Part shown: one piece after another, positions 55,865-64,000 of the stretch
Numbering within the stretch: the stretch's first letter is position 1
Layout: every line of letters begins with the position of its first letter
Origin: Thermoanaerobaculia bacterium
GTDB taxonomy: Bacteria; Acidobacteriota; Thermoanaerobaculia; Multivoradales; UBA5704
NCBI GenBank assembly: GCA_044226625.1
Contig: JBGAGQ010000008.1
Location: 32,001-96,000 of the forward strand
Direction: 5' to 3'
Length of the DNA stretch: 64,000 nucleotides
Position numbers and translations under genes: made by a program
Notes under the pieces: model-generated
What the model saw: the letters and a program-made list of their open reading frames with translations, nothing else
The model's database searches: none
Told to the model about the DNA's origin: nothing

Positions 55865-57665
55865 CGTCGCCTCCGGCCCAGGGAACCGCCACCTCGATCG
55901 CCGTGCCGAGACCCGGCGAGGCGTCGATCGAGAGCGTGCCGCCGAACATTCCGACCCTTTCGCGCATGCCGAGCAGGCCGAGGCCGTGGCGAACCGTCGA
56001 GGGATCGAAGCCGCGGCCGTCGTCCGCCACGGTGAGCCGAAGGCTCCCCGCATCGGCGCGGAGCGACACGCGGACCCGCCGCGCCTCCGCGTGGGCGGCC
56101 ACGTTGGTGAGCGCTTCCTGGGCGATGCGGTAGATCGCGATCTCCGCGGCCGAGGCGAGGCAGGAGGGCAACGGAGGCAGGTCGAGGTCGACCTCGAAGC
56201 CCGCACGCACGCTGTACTCGATCGCGAGCTGTTTGAGCGCGACTTCGAGGCCGAGCTGATCGAGAGTCGGCGGTCGCAGGCGCCGCGCCAGATCTTTGAT
56301 CCGCGCCGTCGCGGCGTTCACCTGCTCGCGCAACTGGTCGATCTGGTCGCGCAACGCCGCCTGCTCGGCGGGGACCAGTCGCGACATTACCTGGAGGCCG
56401 AGCTTGACGCCGACCAGAGCCTGCCCCGCCTCGTCGTGGAGTTCGCGCGCGATGTGCTTGCGCTCGTCTTCGAGGATCGTCACGTTGTGCATCGAGAGCG
56501 CCCGAATCTCCTCGCTCTTGTCTTCGAGGTCGGAGAGGAGCCGGGCGTTTTCGATCGCCACCGCCGTGGTGTTGGCGAGCGAATCCAAGAACGTCGCGTC
56601 CTGCCAAGTGAACGGCGGCTGTTCCGCGGAGCGGTGGAGCTCGAAGAATCCGAGCACGCGACCGTCGCTCGACTTGATCGGGATCGAGACCGCGCGCGCG
56701 ATGCCGTAGGCCTCCACCAGGTCGGGATCGCCGAGCGAATCGCTCGCATAGTCGTTGATCAGACAGGGAAACTCGATCTCCAGCAGACGGCCCGCGAGCC
56801 CGTCGCCGCGCCGAAAGCGGCGCGGGCGCTCGCTCCAGCCGGAGCGGTGCCAATAGCAGGAGGCGACCAATTCGTGCTCACCGGACGGCGCCGGCTCGGC
56901 GAGACCCGCGAGCCCGCCACCCGCCTTGAGGAAGCGCGCGGCATGCTCGACAAGATGCCGCACCAGCTCCGCCGAATCGAGGCGCGCGTTGACCGCGGCG
57001 CCGAACGCGAGCAGCGCTTCGAGGCCGGTCGACCAATCGCCCAAGCGCTCGATCAGCAGCGACCGCTCGAAGCCCACCGCCGCCTGAAGCGCGATCGTCT
57101 CGGCCAGGCGCAGCTCGATCGCCCCGAACGGCGACGGTCCCTTTCGATCGATCGCCAGCAGAACCGCGACGGCGCGCCCCTGATGATCGAGCGCGGGGAC
57201 CGCGAGTAGATTCCGCCAGCCGAAATCTCCGAGCGTCCAGCGCGACGCGACCGCGTCGCCGGGGGCGTTGGCGACGAACCCTCGGCGGTGACGGGCCACC
57301 TCCAGCAGGAGCTCGAGCGGCGCCTCGTCGCCCGTCTGTCGATCGGCACCACCGGTCCGGTGGTCGCCGATCGCTCCGAGCACCTGTTCGTCGGTCGCGG
57401 CGACCACCGCCCGGCGCGCGTGCAGGGCGGTCGCGAAGGCACGGGCGAGCGAGCCGGCGATCTCCGCGCTGCCGAGCTCGTCGACCACCGCGCGCGCCGT
57501 CGAATGGACCCGCTCGATCGCGGCGAGAATCCGGGCATCCTCGGCTCGCCCGGAGGGCGGGCTCCAGGAGGGGGCTACCCGTTGGGCCGGGGCCTCGGCC
57601 GGCTCCCCTTCGACCGGGTCCACGCCGCGCTCGGGCGTCAAGAGAATCGCGGAATCGGGGGGCAT
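55857..57665 (-). CDS. Soluble GAF-GAF-HisKA_3 sensor histidine kinase
   Basis: Two GAF-like units (LLAVP, AVSIP), ERKHIARELHD, QEALTNV, DDGRGF, GLGLLGMRER; no TM segment. Confidence 0.92.
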   Translation of the reverse strand: MPPDSAILLTPERGVDPVEGEPAEAPAQRVAPSWSPPSGRAEDARILAAIERVHSTARAVVDELGSAEIAGSLARAFATALHARRAVVAATDEQVLGAIGDHRTGGADRQTGDEAPLELLLEVARHRRGFVANAPGDAVASRWTLGDFGWRNLLAVPALDHQGRAVAVLLAIDRKGPSPFGAIELRLAETIALQAAVGFERSLLIERLGDWSTGLEALLAFGAAVNARLDSAELVRHLVEHAARFLKAGGGLAGLAEPAPSGEHELVASCYWHRSGWSERPRRFRRGDGLAGRLLEIEFPCLINDYASDSLGDPDLVEAYGIARAVSIPIKSSDGRVLGFFELHRSAEQPPFTWQDATFLDSLANTTAVAIENARLLSDLEDKSEEIRALSMHNVTILEDERKHIARELHDEAGQALVGVKLGLQVMSRLVPAEQAALRDQIDQLREQVNAATARIKDLARRLRPPTLDQLGLEVALKQLAIEYSVRAGFEVDLDLPPLPSCLASAAEIAIYRIAQEALTNVAAHAEARRVRVSLRADAGSLRLTVADDGRGFDPSTVRHGLGLLGMRERVGMFGGTLSIDASPGLGTAIEVAVPWAGGDGV

Positions 57666-57683
57666 CGCCCTATGCGCCGCGGT

Positions 57684-58388
57684 TCAGACCGGAGCGGCCG
57701 GCCGCGCCGCGGCCGACGGGTGATTCGGCCCGAGCCGGCGTCGGTCGGCGAGGAATTCGAGCCATGCCTCCATGCCGTGGCCGCTCTTGGCCGAGACGAG
57801 GAAGATCGGCAGCCCCGGCCGCACCGACTCGATGTTCGCCCGCGCCGCGTCGAGGTCGAACTCGCAGGGCTCCGCGAGGTCCCATTTCGTGATCACCGCG
57901 ACGTCCGCCGAGTTGAAGATGCCGGGGTACTTGAGCGGCTTGTCCTCCCCTTCCGTCACCGACAGGAGGACCACGCGGATCGCCTCGCCGAGGTCGTAGC
58001 TCGAGGGGCAGACGAGATTGCCGACGTTTTCGACGAAGAGATAGTCGAGATCGGCGAGCGTCCAGGCGTCCAGGTGCGCCTCGACCCATTCGGCTTCGAG
58101 ATGACACCGGCCGTGGGTGTTGATCTGCCGGACCGGCGCGCCGCTCGCCGCGAGGCGACGGGCGTCGTTATCCGTCTCGAGGTCGCCCACGAGCGCCGCG
58201 ACCGGGACGCCGCGGGCGACCAGCTCGCGCAGCGTCCGCTCCAGAAAAGCGGTCTTCCCCGTGCCCGGGCTCGAGACCAAATTGAGGGCGAGGACGTCGG
58301 CCGCCTGGAACCGACCGCGCAGCGCGCGGGCGGCCGCGTCGTTCTTGTTCAGGAGGTCGTGACGCAGCTCGACGATGCGTGTGCTCAT
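57684..58388 (-). CDS. hypB: Ni-insertion GTPase
   Basis: SSPGTGKT, GDLET, CHLEA, ENVGNLVCP, EGEDKPLKYP. Confidence 0.97.
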   Translation of the reverse strand: MSTRIVELRHDLLNKNDAAARALRGRFQAADVLALNLVSSPGTGKTAFLERTLRELVARGVPVAALVGDLETDNDARRLAASGAPVRQINTHGRCHLEAEWVEAHLDAWTLADLDYLFVENVGNLVCPSSYDLGEAIRVVLLSVTEGEDKPLKYPGIFNSADVAVITKWDLAEPCEFDLDAARANIESVRPGLPIFLVSAKSGHGMEAWLEFLADRRRLGPNHPSAAARPAAPV

Positions 58389-58777
58389 CCGTTTCGATTC
58401 CCAGGTACCGGTTCGTCGGAGGCATCCGCGGCCGTCTCGACCGAGAGGCCCTCGAGATGCAGCTCGCGCCCCTGGCGGATGTCGCCGCTCGGCGTGCCGC
58501 AGATCGGGCAGCGGAATCGATTGACGTCGGGCAGCTCGACGTCCCGATCACAGGCGCGACAGTAGACGACCAGAGGGACCTCGCGAACGATCAGCCGAGA
58601 ACCTTCGAGCAGTGTACTCCGAGTCGCGATGTCGTAGCAGAAGAGCAAAGAGTCAATCGATACGCCCGACATCGCCCCGACCACGATCCGCACCTCGTCG
58701 ACCCGCCGCGCACCGGCTCGCTCCGCGGCGGGGATCGCGAGCTCGACCAGCGAATGAGCGATCGACAGCTCGTGCAT
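58385..58777 (-). CDS. hypA: Ni metallochaperone
   Basis: MHELSI, CRAC...CPIC. Confidence 0.97.
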   Translation of the reverse strand: MHELSIAHSLVELAIPAAERAGARRVDEVRIVVGAMSGVSIDSLLFCYDIATRSTLLEGSRLIVREVPLVVYCRACDRDVELPDVNRFRCPICGTPSGDIRQGRELHLEGLSVETAADASDEPVPGNRNG

Positions 58778-58789
58778 GCGCCAATCGGC

Positions 58790-59575
58790 TCAGTCGCCGA
58801 GGGCCCGACCGTAGCGCTTGGCGACGTAGAGGAAGAGGCGCAGCGTCGCCTGGATCTGCGGGTCCTTGAGCGAGCGATAGAGGTCCCAGAGGCCGAGCGG
58901 TTTGCCCTCCTCCGATTTGAAATCCTGATAGCTCGCCGCCACGATCCGGCCGAGCTGGGCGAGCACCTCGACCGTTTGCCGGTCGAACATTCCGGCCTCG
59001 TTGAGGACGTTGCCCGCGTCGACCAGCCCCGGCAGCGCCGCCATCACTTTGCGCACCTGCTCGCCGTCGACGTCGGGCAGCGCAGACTTGAGATCGCTCA
59101 CCCCCGCCGCGACCGACTCGAGCACCGTGTCGCTCCGGCGCAGGAAGCCGTCGAGCGAGTCGAGGAGGAACGCGGCGACCTCGATCTTTTCGAGCAGACC
59201 CGAAAGGCTCGCCAACGTCTTCGGATCCGCGAGCTTTTCGAGCAGGCCGGAATCGAGCAGCCTCTCCACCTCGGGTCGACCGGCAACCTCCGCCATCCGT
59301 TCGCCGGCGCGCAACATCTGGGGGAGCTTTGCGACCGCCGCGCCGCTCCCTTCTCCGCCGGCAAGTCCGCGCAGCTCGGTCAACCCTTGGGCGACCGAAT
59401 CGGCGACCACCTCGGCCCGGCGCAGGAAGCCTTCGAGCGCCTCGGCGGTGAAGACGATGACGTCGAGGCGGTCGAGCAGCCGGTTGAGCGCGTCGACCGT
59501 CGCCGGCTCGGCGAGCCGCTCCTGCAACCGCTCCTGGGGCGTAAGCACCGCTGCACTTCCGTGGCCGCTCGCCAT
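58790..59575 (-). CDS. HucM-like helical protein (DUF1641-like C-terminus) with internal duplication
   Basis: RLAEPATVDALNRLLDRLD...EGFLRR is repeated as KLADPKTLASLSGLLEKIE...DGFLRR; C-terminal GLWDLYRSLKDPQIQ...YG. Confidence 0.7.
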   Translation of the reverse strand: MASGHGSAAVLTPQERLQERLAEPATVDALNRLLDRLDVIVFTAEALEGFLRRAEVVADSVAQGLTELRGLAGGEGSGAAVAKLPQMLRAGERMAEVAGRPEVERLLDSGLLEKLADPKTLASLSGLLEKIEVAAFLLDSLDGFLRRSDTVLESVAAGVSDLKSALPDVDGEQVRKVMAALPGLVDAGNVLNEAGMFDRQTVEVLAQLGRIVAASYQDFKSEEGKPLGLWDLYRSLKDPQIQATLRLFLYVAKRYGRALGD

Positions 59576-59759
59576 GCTCTGGTCTCTCCCTCGTGCGCTG
59601 GGGTCTGCCGATTTCGGGCGTTTATACTCCTCGCACCCCCAAGCGACCATGGCATGAACATGCTATTCGGCCCGTCCGAGCCCGAGTCGAGCGAAGCTCG
59701 TGCGGCGCGATCCGGGGGCGCGCTTCCCTCCGGCCCTCGGCCTAGAATCGCCGCAGCGC

Positions 59760-62090
59760 ATGTCCTCCGAGCCGCTACTTCGTCGCCGCCTCCTCGTCGG
59801 CGGCATCGTCCAAGGGGTCGGATTCCGTCCGTTCGTCCACGGCCTCGCGCGCCGCCACGCCCTCGCGGGCTCGGTGCGGAACGTCGCCGGAGGCGTGGCG
59901 ATCGAGATCGAGGGGCCGGCCGAGGCGGTCGCAGCGTTCGAGCGCGAGCTGGTCCACGACGCGCCGCCGCTCGCCGCGATCGACGAGATCCGGGCCGAGA
60001 CGATCGCGCCTCTCGGCGAGCTCGATTTCCGCATCGAGGCGAGCGGCGCGGCCGAGGCGGTGCCCACCCCGGTCTCCCCCGATGTCGCGGTGTGCGACGC
60101 CTGCCGGGCCGAGCTGCTCGATCCGGCCGACCGGCGCTACCGTTATCCCTTCCTCAACTGCACCGACTGCGGCCCCCGCTTCACGATCATCGAGTCGCTC
60201 CCCTACGACCGGCCGCGCACCACCATGCGCCGGTTCTCGATGTGCCCGAGCTGCCGGGCCGAATACGACGATCCCGAGAGCCGGCGCTTTCACGCCCAGC
60301 CGAACGCGTGCCCGGTGTGCGGACCGCGGCTCCGCTTCGAGCGAGCGGGCGACCCGGCGCTCGAAGGGGAATCCGCGCGAGCCGCCAGCGGAGAGGCGCT
60401 CGACCGGGGAGAGATCGTAGCGGTCAAGGGGATCGGCGGTTTCCACCTCGCCTGCGACGCGAGGTCCGATGCGGCGGTCGCCACGTTGCGCGCGAGAAAA
60501 GCGCGCGGCGGAAAGCCGTTCGCGGTGATGGTCCCCGACCTCGCCGCGGCCCGCCGACTTGCCGAGCTCACCGAGGACGAGGAGCGCCTGCTCGAAAGCC
60601 GCGAGCGTCCGATCGTCCTGGTGCGCCGTCGGACCTCCGCCGAGGCAGGCCGGATCTCAGATCAAGTCGCTCCCGGGCAGGCGACGCTTGGGCTCCTCCT
60701 GCCCTATTCGCCGCTCCACCATCTTCTGCTCGCCGGCCGCGCGCTGGTCATGACCTCGGGCAACCGGAGCGAGGAGCCGATCTGCCGCGACGACGACGAG
60801 GCCCGCGAACGGCTCGGCGCGCTCGCCGACGCGTTCCTCCTTCACGACCGGGAGATCCACGCGGTGTGCGACGACTCGGTGGTCCGCACCTTCGCCGGTC
60901 ACGAGCTGCCGCTCCGCCGGTCGCGCGGCTACGCGCCCTATCCCCTGCGGCTGCCGCGCGCCGCGCCGCCGCTCCTCGCCGTGGGGGCGGAGCTCAAGGC
61001 GACGTTCTGTCTCGCCACGGAGCGGCGCGCCTTCCTCTCCCAGCACATCGGCGACCTCGGAAACCTCGAGACGCTCACGGCGTTCGAGCGCGCGGTGGAG
61101 CACCTCTCCGGGCTGTTCCGCATCGAGCCCGAGCGGATCGCCTGCGACCTCCATCCCGGCTATCTCGGCATGCAATGGGCGGAGCGGCTCGCGAGAGAGC
61201 GCGCCCTTCCCCTCGTCAAGGTTCAGCACCATCACGCCCACGTGGCGGCGGTGATGGCCGAGCATGGCCTGTCCGGCGACCGGCCGGTGCTCGGGGCGAG
61301 CTTCGACGGCACGGGCTACGGGCTCGACGGTGCGATCTGGGGCGGCGAGATCCTGCTCGCCGACTACGCGAGAGCCGAGCGGATCGCCCACCTTCGCTAC
61401 GCGCCGCTGCCCGGAGGGGACGCGGCGATCCGCCACCCGCGGCGGATGGCGCTCGCCCACCTCGCCGCCGCGGGGATCGAATGGCACCCCGACCTTCCGC
61501 CGGTCGCGGCGACGCCGGAGGCCGAGCGGCGCATTCTCGCGCGCCAGGTCGAGACCGGTTTCGGCACGGTGCCCACGAGCAGCATGGGCCGGCTGTTCGA
61601 CGCCGTCGCCGCGCTCGCCGGGCTCTGCCAGGAATCGCGCTTCGAGGGAGAGGCCGCGATGGCCCTCGAGGCCGCGGCAGAGACCGCCACCGCACCCACC
61701 GAGCCCTACCGCTTCGCGTTGCGCGAGGAGGAGACCCTGCGGATCGATCCCGCACCCGTGCTGGAGGCCATCGTCCGCGACGTTCGGCGCGGAGAGCCCG
61801 CCGCGCGCATCGCCCGAAGCTTCCATGCCGCCGTGGCCGATGCCCTCGTCGCGGCCTGCATCCACGGTCGTCGTCAAACCGGCGTCCGCACCGTCGCGCT
61901 CTCGGGCGGGGTGTTCCAGAACGTCCTGCTGTTGAGCTTCGCCGTCGAAGGTCTCGCTCGAGAAGGTTTCGAGGTTCTCACCCACCGGAAGGTCCCGCCG
62001 AACGATGGCGGCCTCGCGCTCGGGCAGGCGGCGATCGCGGGCTTGGGGGGAGGCACGATCGGACCCACCTCGGATTCTCGCCGTTCGTAG
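59760..62090 (+). CDS. hypF: Carbamoyltransferase
   Basis: GIVQGVGFRP, NCTDCGPR, FHAQPNACPVCGP, KGIGGFH, HHHAH, NDGGLALGQ. Confidence 0.98.
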   Translation: MSSEPLLRRRLLVGGIVQGVGFRPFVHGLARRHALAGSVRNVAGGVAIEIEGPAEAVAAFERELVHDAPPLAAIDEIRAETIAPLGELDFRIEASGAAEAVPTPVSPDVAVCDACRAELLDPADRRYRYPFLNCTDCGPRFTIIESLPYDRPRTTMRRFSMCPSCRAEYDDPESRRFHAQPNACPVCGPRLRFERAGDPALEGESARAASGEALDRGEIVAVKGIGGFHLACDARSDAAVATLRARKARGGKPFAVMVPDLAAARRLAELTEDEERLLESRERPIVLVRRRTSAEAGRISDQVAPGQATLGLLLPYSPLHHLLLAGRALVMTSGNRSEEPICRDDDEARERLGALADAFLLHDREIHAVCDDSVVRTFAGHELPLRRSRGYAPYPLRLPRAAPPLLAVGAELKATFCLATERRAFLSQHIGDLGNLETLTAFERAVEHLSGLFRIEPERIACDLHPGYLGMQWAERLARERALPLVKVQHHHAHVAAVMAEHGLSGDRPVLGASFDGTGYGLDGAIWGGEILLADYARAERIAHLRYAPLPGGDAAIRHPRRMALAHLAAAGIEWHPDLPPVAATPEAERRILARQVETGFGTVPTSSMGRLFDAVAALAGLCQESRFEGEAAMALEAAAETATAPTEPYRFALREEETLRIDPAPVLEAIVRDVRRGEPAARIARSFHAAVADALVAACIHGRRQTGVRTVALSGGVFQNVLLLSFAVEGLAREGFEVLTHRKVPPNDGGLALGQAAIAGLGGGTIGPTSDSRRS

Positions 62091-62120
62091 AAAGCCTCCC
62101 CGACGATCCAGACGATCCCG

Positions 62121-64000
62121 ATGATCCAAAAACACCGCTGGCTCGCCTTCTGCCTCTTCACCCTCTCGCCGCTCGGTGCGCGGGCCGCGGCGGAGCCGCC
62201 GATCGAGCGACGGGCCGACAACCTCGCCGCGCTCGCGCGGCTCGTCTCGGTCGTGCGGTTCTTTCACCCGAGCGACGAGGCCGCCGCCGCGGACTGGAAC
62301 CGGTTCGCGATGGCGGGGGTCGCCGCGGTTGAAGGCTCGCCCGATCCCACCTCGCTCGCGCGCTCTCTCGACGAGCTGTTTTGGCCGATCGCGCCGACCG
62401 TCCGCGTCTTCCCGACCGGCGCGGCCCCGCCGCCGCTTCCGGGGGCGCTGTTCGCAAAGAAAGACGCCCCGACCCAGACCGTCGTCTGGCGGCACTTCGG
62501 CGGCAAGTTCGAGGGAACTTCGAAAGCCTTCCGCAGCCAACGGATCGACGACGAGACCCCACCGTTCGGCACGCTGCTCCAGGCGATCGCACCGGGCGAT
62601 CTCGCGGGGCGGCGGGTCCGGCTGCGCGCGCGGGTGCGGACCGCGCTCGAACCGGCGGCGAAGCTCCAGCTGGGCCTGCGCGTCGATCGCCCGAGGGGCT
62701 CCGAGAGCCCTCCCGGATTCTTCGACAACATGGCGGATCGCCCCATCGTCGGCTCGACACCGTGGCGGACGGTCGAGATCGAAGGGGAGGTCGCCGGCGA
62801 CGCCGAGCGGATCGTGGTCCTCGCCGTACTCACCGGCCAGGGTAGCGTCTGGCTCGACGACCTTTCGCTCGCTCCGACGAGCGGCCGATCCGAGGTCCGA
62901 CTCGCCAACGCCGGCTTCGACGAAGGGGAACCGGGGACCGAGCCCGCCGGCTGGTATTTCCCTTACGAATCGATCGGCGCGGGCTACCACCTCGACCTGC
63001 GGCGCGGCGCCGAATGCGAGCGCCGGGGCTGCGTCGCGATCGCCAGCGACGAGGTCGCGGCACCGCGTTTCGCGCGCCCGGACGACGCACTCCTTCTAGA
63101 CCTCGGCGCGGGGGTGTCCGCCCGCGTGCCGATCGCTCTTTTCGCCGACGAACGCGGAACCCTCCCGCATCCGAGCCCAGGCGCGCCGGCACCTCCCGGG
63201 GCCGCGCTCGATCCCGCGCCGGACGGCCGCGCGGCGCGGATCGCGGCGCTCCTGCTCGCCTGGGGGAACCTCGGGCAGTTCCACCCGACGCTCTCCCTCT
63301 CCCCGGACGAATGGGCGGCCGCTCTGCGCGGTACCCTGCCGGAAGCGCTCGCCGCGGCGGGCCAAGCCGATCGCGAGCCGTTCCGCCGCGCGGTTCGGAA
63401 GCTGCTCGCCCGCCTCGACGACCCGGTGGCGAACGACGTGACCCAGCGAGACGATCCGCGCCCCGCCTGGCTGCCGATCGAATGGGAGTGGATCGAGGGG
63501 CGGCTCGTGCTCACCCGGGTCGATGCCGAGCGCTCGGACGTTGCCGAGAGGAGCGTCGTCACCGAGATCGACGGCCGGCCCGCGGCCGAGGTGGTAGCCT
63601 CTGAAGGCGCGCTGATCTCCGGGACGAACGCCGACGCCCGCCGCGCGCTGGCCCTGGCGGCACTCCGCATGGGTGCCCCCGGAAGCTCGGTTCGATTGAG
63701 GGCGCAGGCTCCTTCCGGCGAGGTGTGGAACGCGACCTTGCAGAGGCCCGAACGGAATACCGGCGGCTCGGACCCGCCCGCGGTCGTCCCCCTGGAGCCG
63801 GGCATCCTTTACGTCGACCTGCGGTCGATGCGCGATCCCGATTTCGAAAGAGCAATCCCCCGGCTCGCCGCCGCGAGCGGCATCGTCTTCGACCTGCGCG
63901 GTTGGAGCGAGGTGACGATGGGGCTCGTCGCGCACCTGATCGGCGCGCCGGTCGACGCCCTCACGTGGGAGGTTCCGGTCTACCAGCTCCCCGACCGGCG
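62121..64000 (+). CDS. Secreted S41-family peptidase (3' end outside window)
   Basis: MIQKHRWLAFCLF signal; VRFFHPSDEAAAADW; in-frame GIVFDLRG near 63890; not in the ORF track. Confidence 0.75.
   Translation, partial: MIQKHRWLAFCLFTLSPLGARAAAEPPIERRADNLAALARLVSVVRFFHPSDEAAAADWNRFAMAGVAAVEGSPDPTSLARSLDELFWPIAPTVRVFPTGAAPPPLPGALFAKKDAPTQTVVWRHFGGKFEGTSKAFRSQRIDDETPPFGTLLQAIAPGDLAGRRVRLRARVRTALEPAAKLQLGLRVDRPRGSESPPGFFDNMADRPIVGSTPWRTVEIEGEVAGDAERIVVLAVLTGQGSVWLDDLSLAPTSGRSEVRLANAGFDEGEPGTEPAGWYFPYESIGAGYHLDLRRGAECERRGCVAIASDEVAAPRFARPDDALLLDLGAGVSARVPIALFADERGTLPHPSPGAPAPPGAALDPAPDGRAARIAALLLAWGNLGQFHPTLSLSPDEWAAALRGTLPEALAAAGQADREPFRRAVRKLLARLDDPVANDVTQRDDPRPAWLPIEWEWIEGRLVLTRVDAERSDVAERSVVTEIDGRPAAEVVASEGALISGTNADARRALALAALRMGAPGSSVRLRAQAPSGEVWNATLQRPERNTGGSDPPAVVPLEPGILYVDLRSMRDPDFERAIPRLAAASGIVFDLRGWSEVTMGLVAHLIGAPVDALTWEVPVYQLPDR

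Noticed and set aside
58379-62332. 1317-aa plus-strand ORF
   Set aside because: Antisense to hypA and the HucM-like gene and out of frame with hypF; low-complexity composition.

Overview
High-GC bacterial window, probably Acidobacteriota (inferred from the ADOP-type orphan permease and ccsA-hemA-hemC-hemD order). Left 24 kb (minus strand): start of a hybrid lipopeptide assembly line. It has a FAAL-acylCoA-dehydrogenase-ACP loader, a KS-AT-KR-ACP PKS, and a >5300-aa NRPS/PKS (C-A[Val]-T-C-A[Glu]-T-E-C-A[Ile/Val]-T-KS-AT-degenerate KR-ACP-C...). That gene runs off the left edge and is missing from the ORF track. Middle: ADOP permease, WYL regulator/Tat-protein pair, tRNA-Lys, purA, haem genes, an AAA ATPase with a frameshifted DUF4276-like partner, msrA, a 59-aa Cys/Ser/Thr-rich RiPP-like precursor missed by the ORF track, a REP doublet, HMG-CoA reductase, Fpg, an HD protein, and a non-coding array of ten 14-bp palindromic repeats with variable 6-7 nt spacers. 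Right 20 kb: a complete group 2a (Huc-type) [NiFe]-hydrogenase locus. It also carries a periplasmic octahaem HAO-family cytochrome c, a GAF-GAF kinase/NarL regulator pair and a HucM-like protein with a duplicated N-terminal motif. An S41 peptidase runs off the right edge. All assignments come from manual translation and motif recognition; no searches were run.
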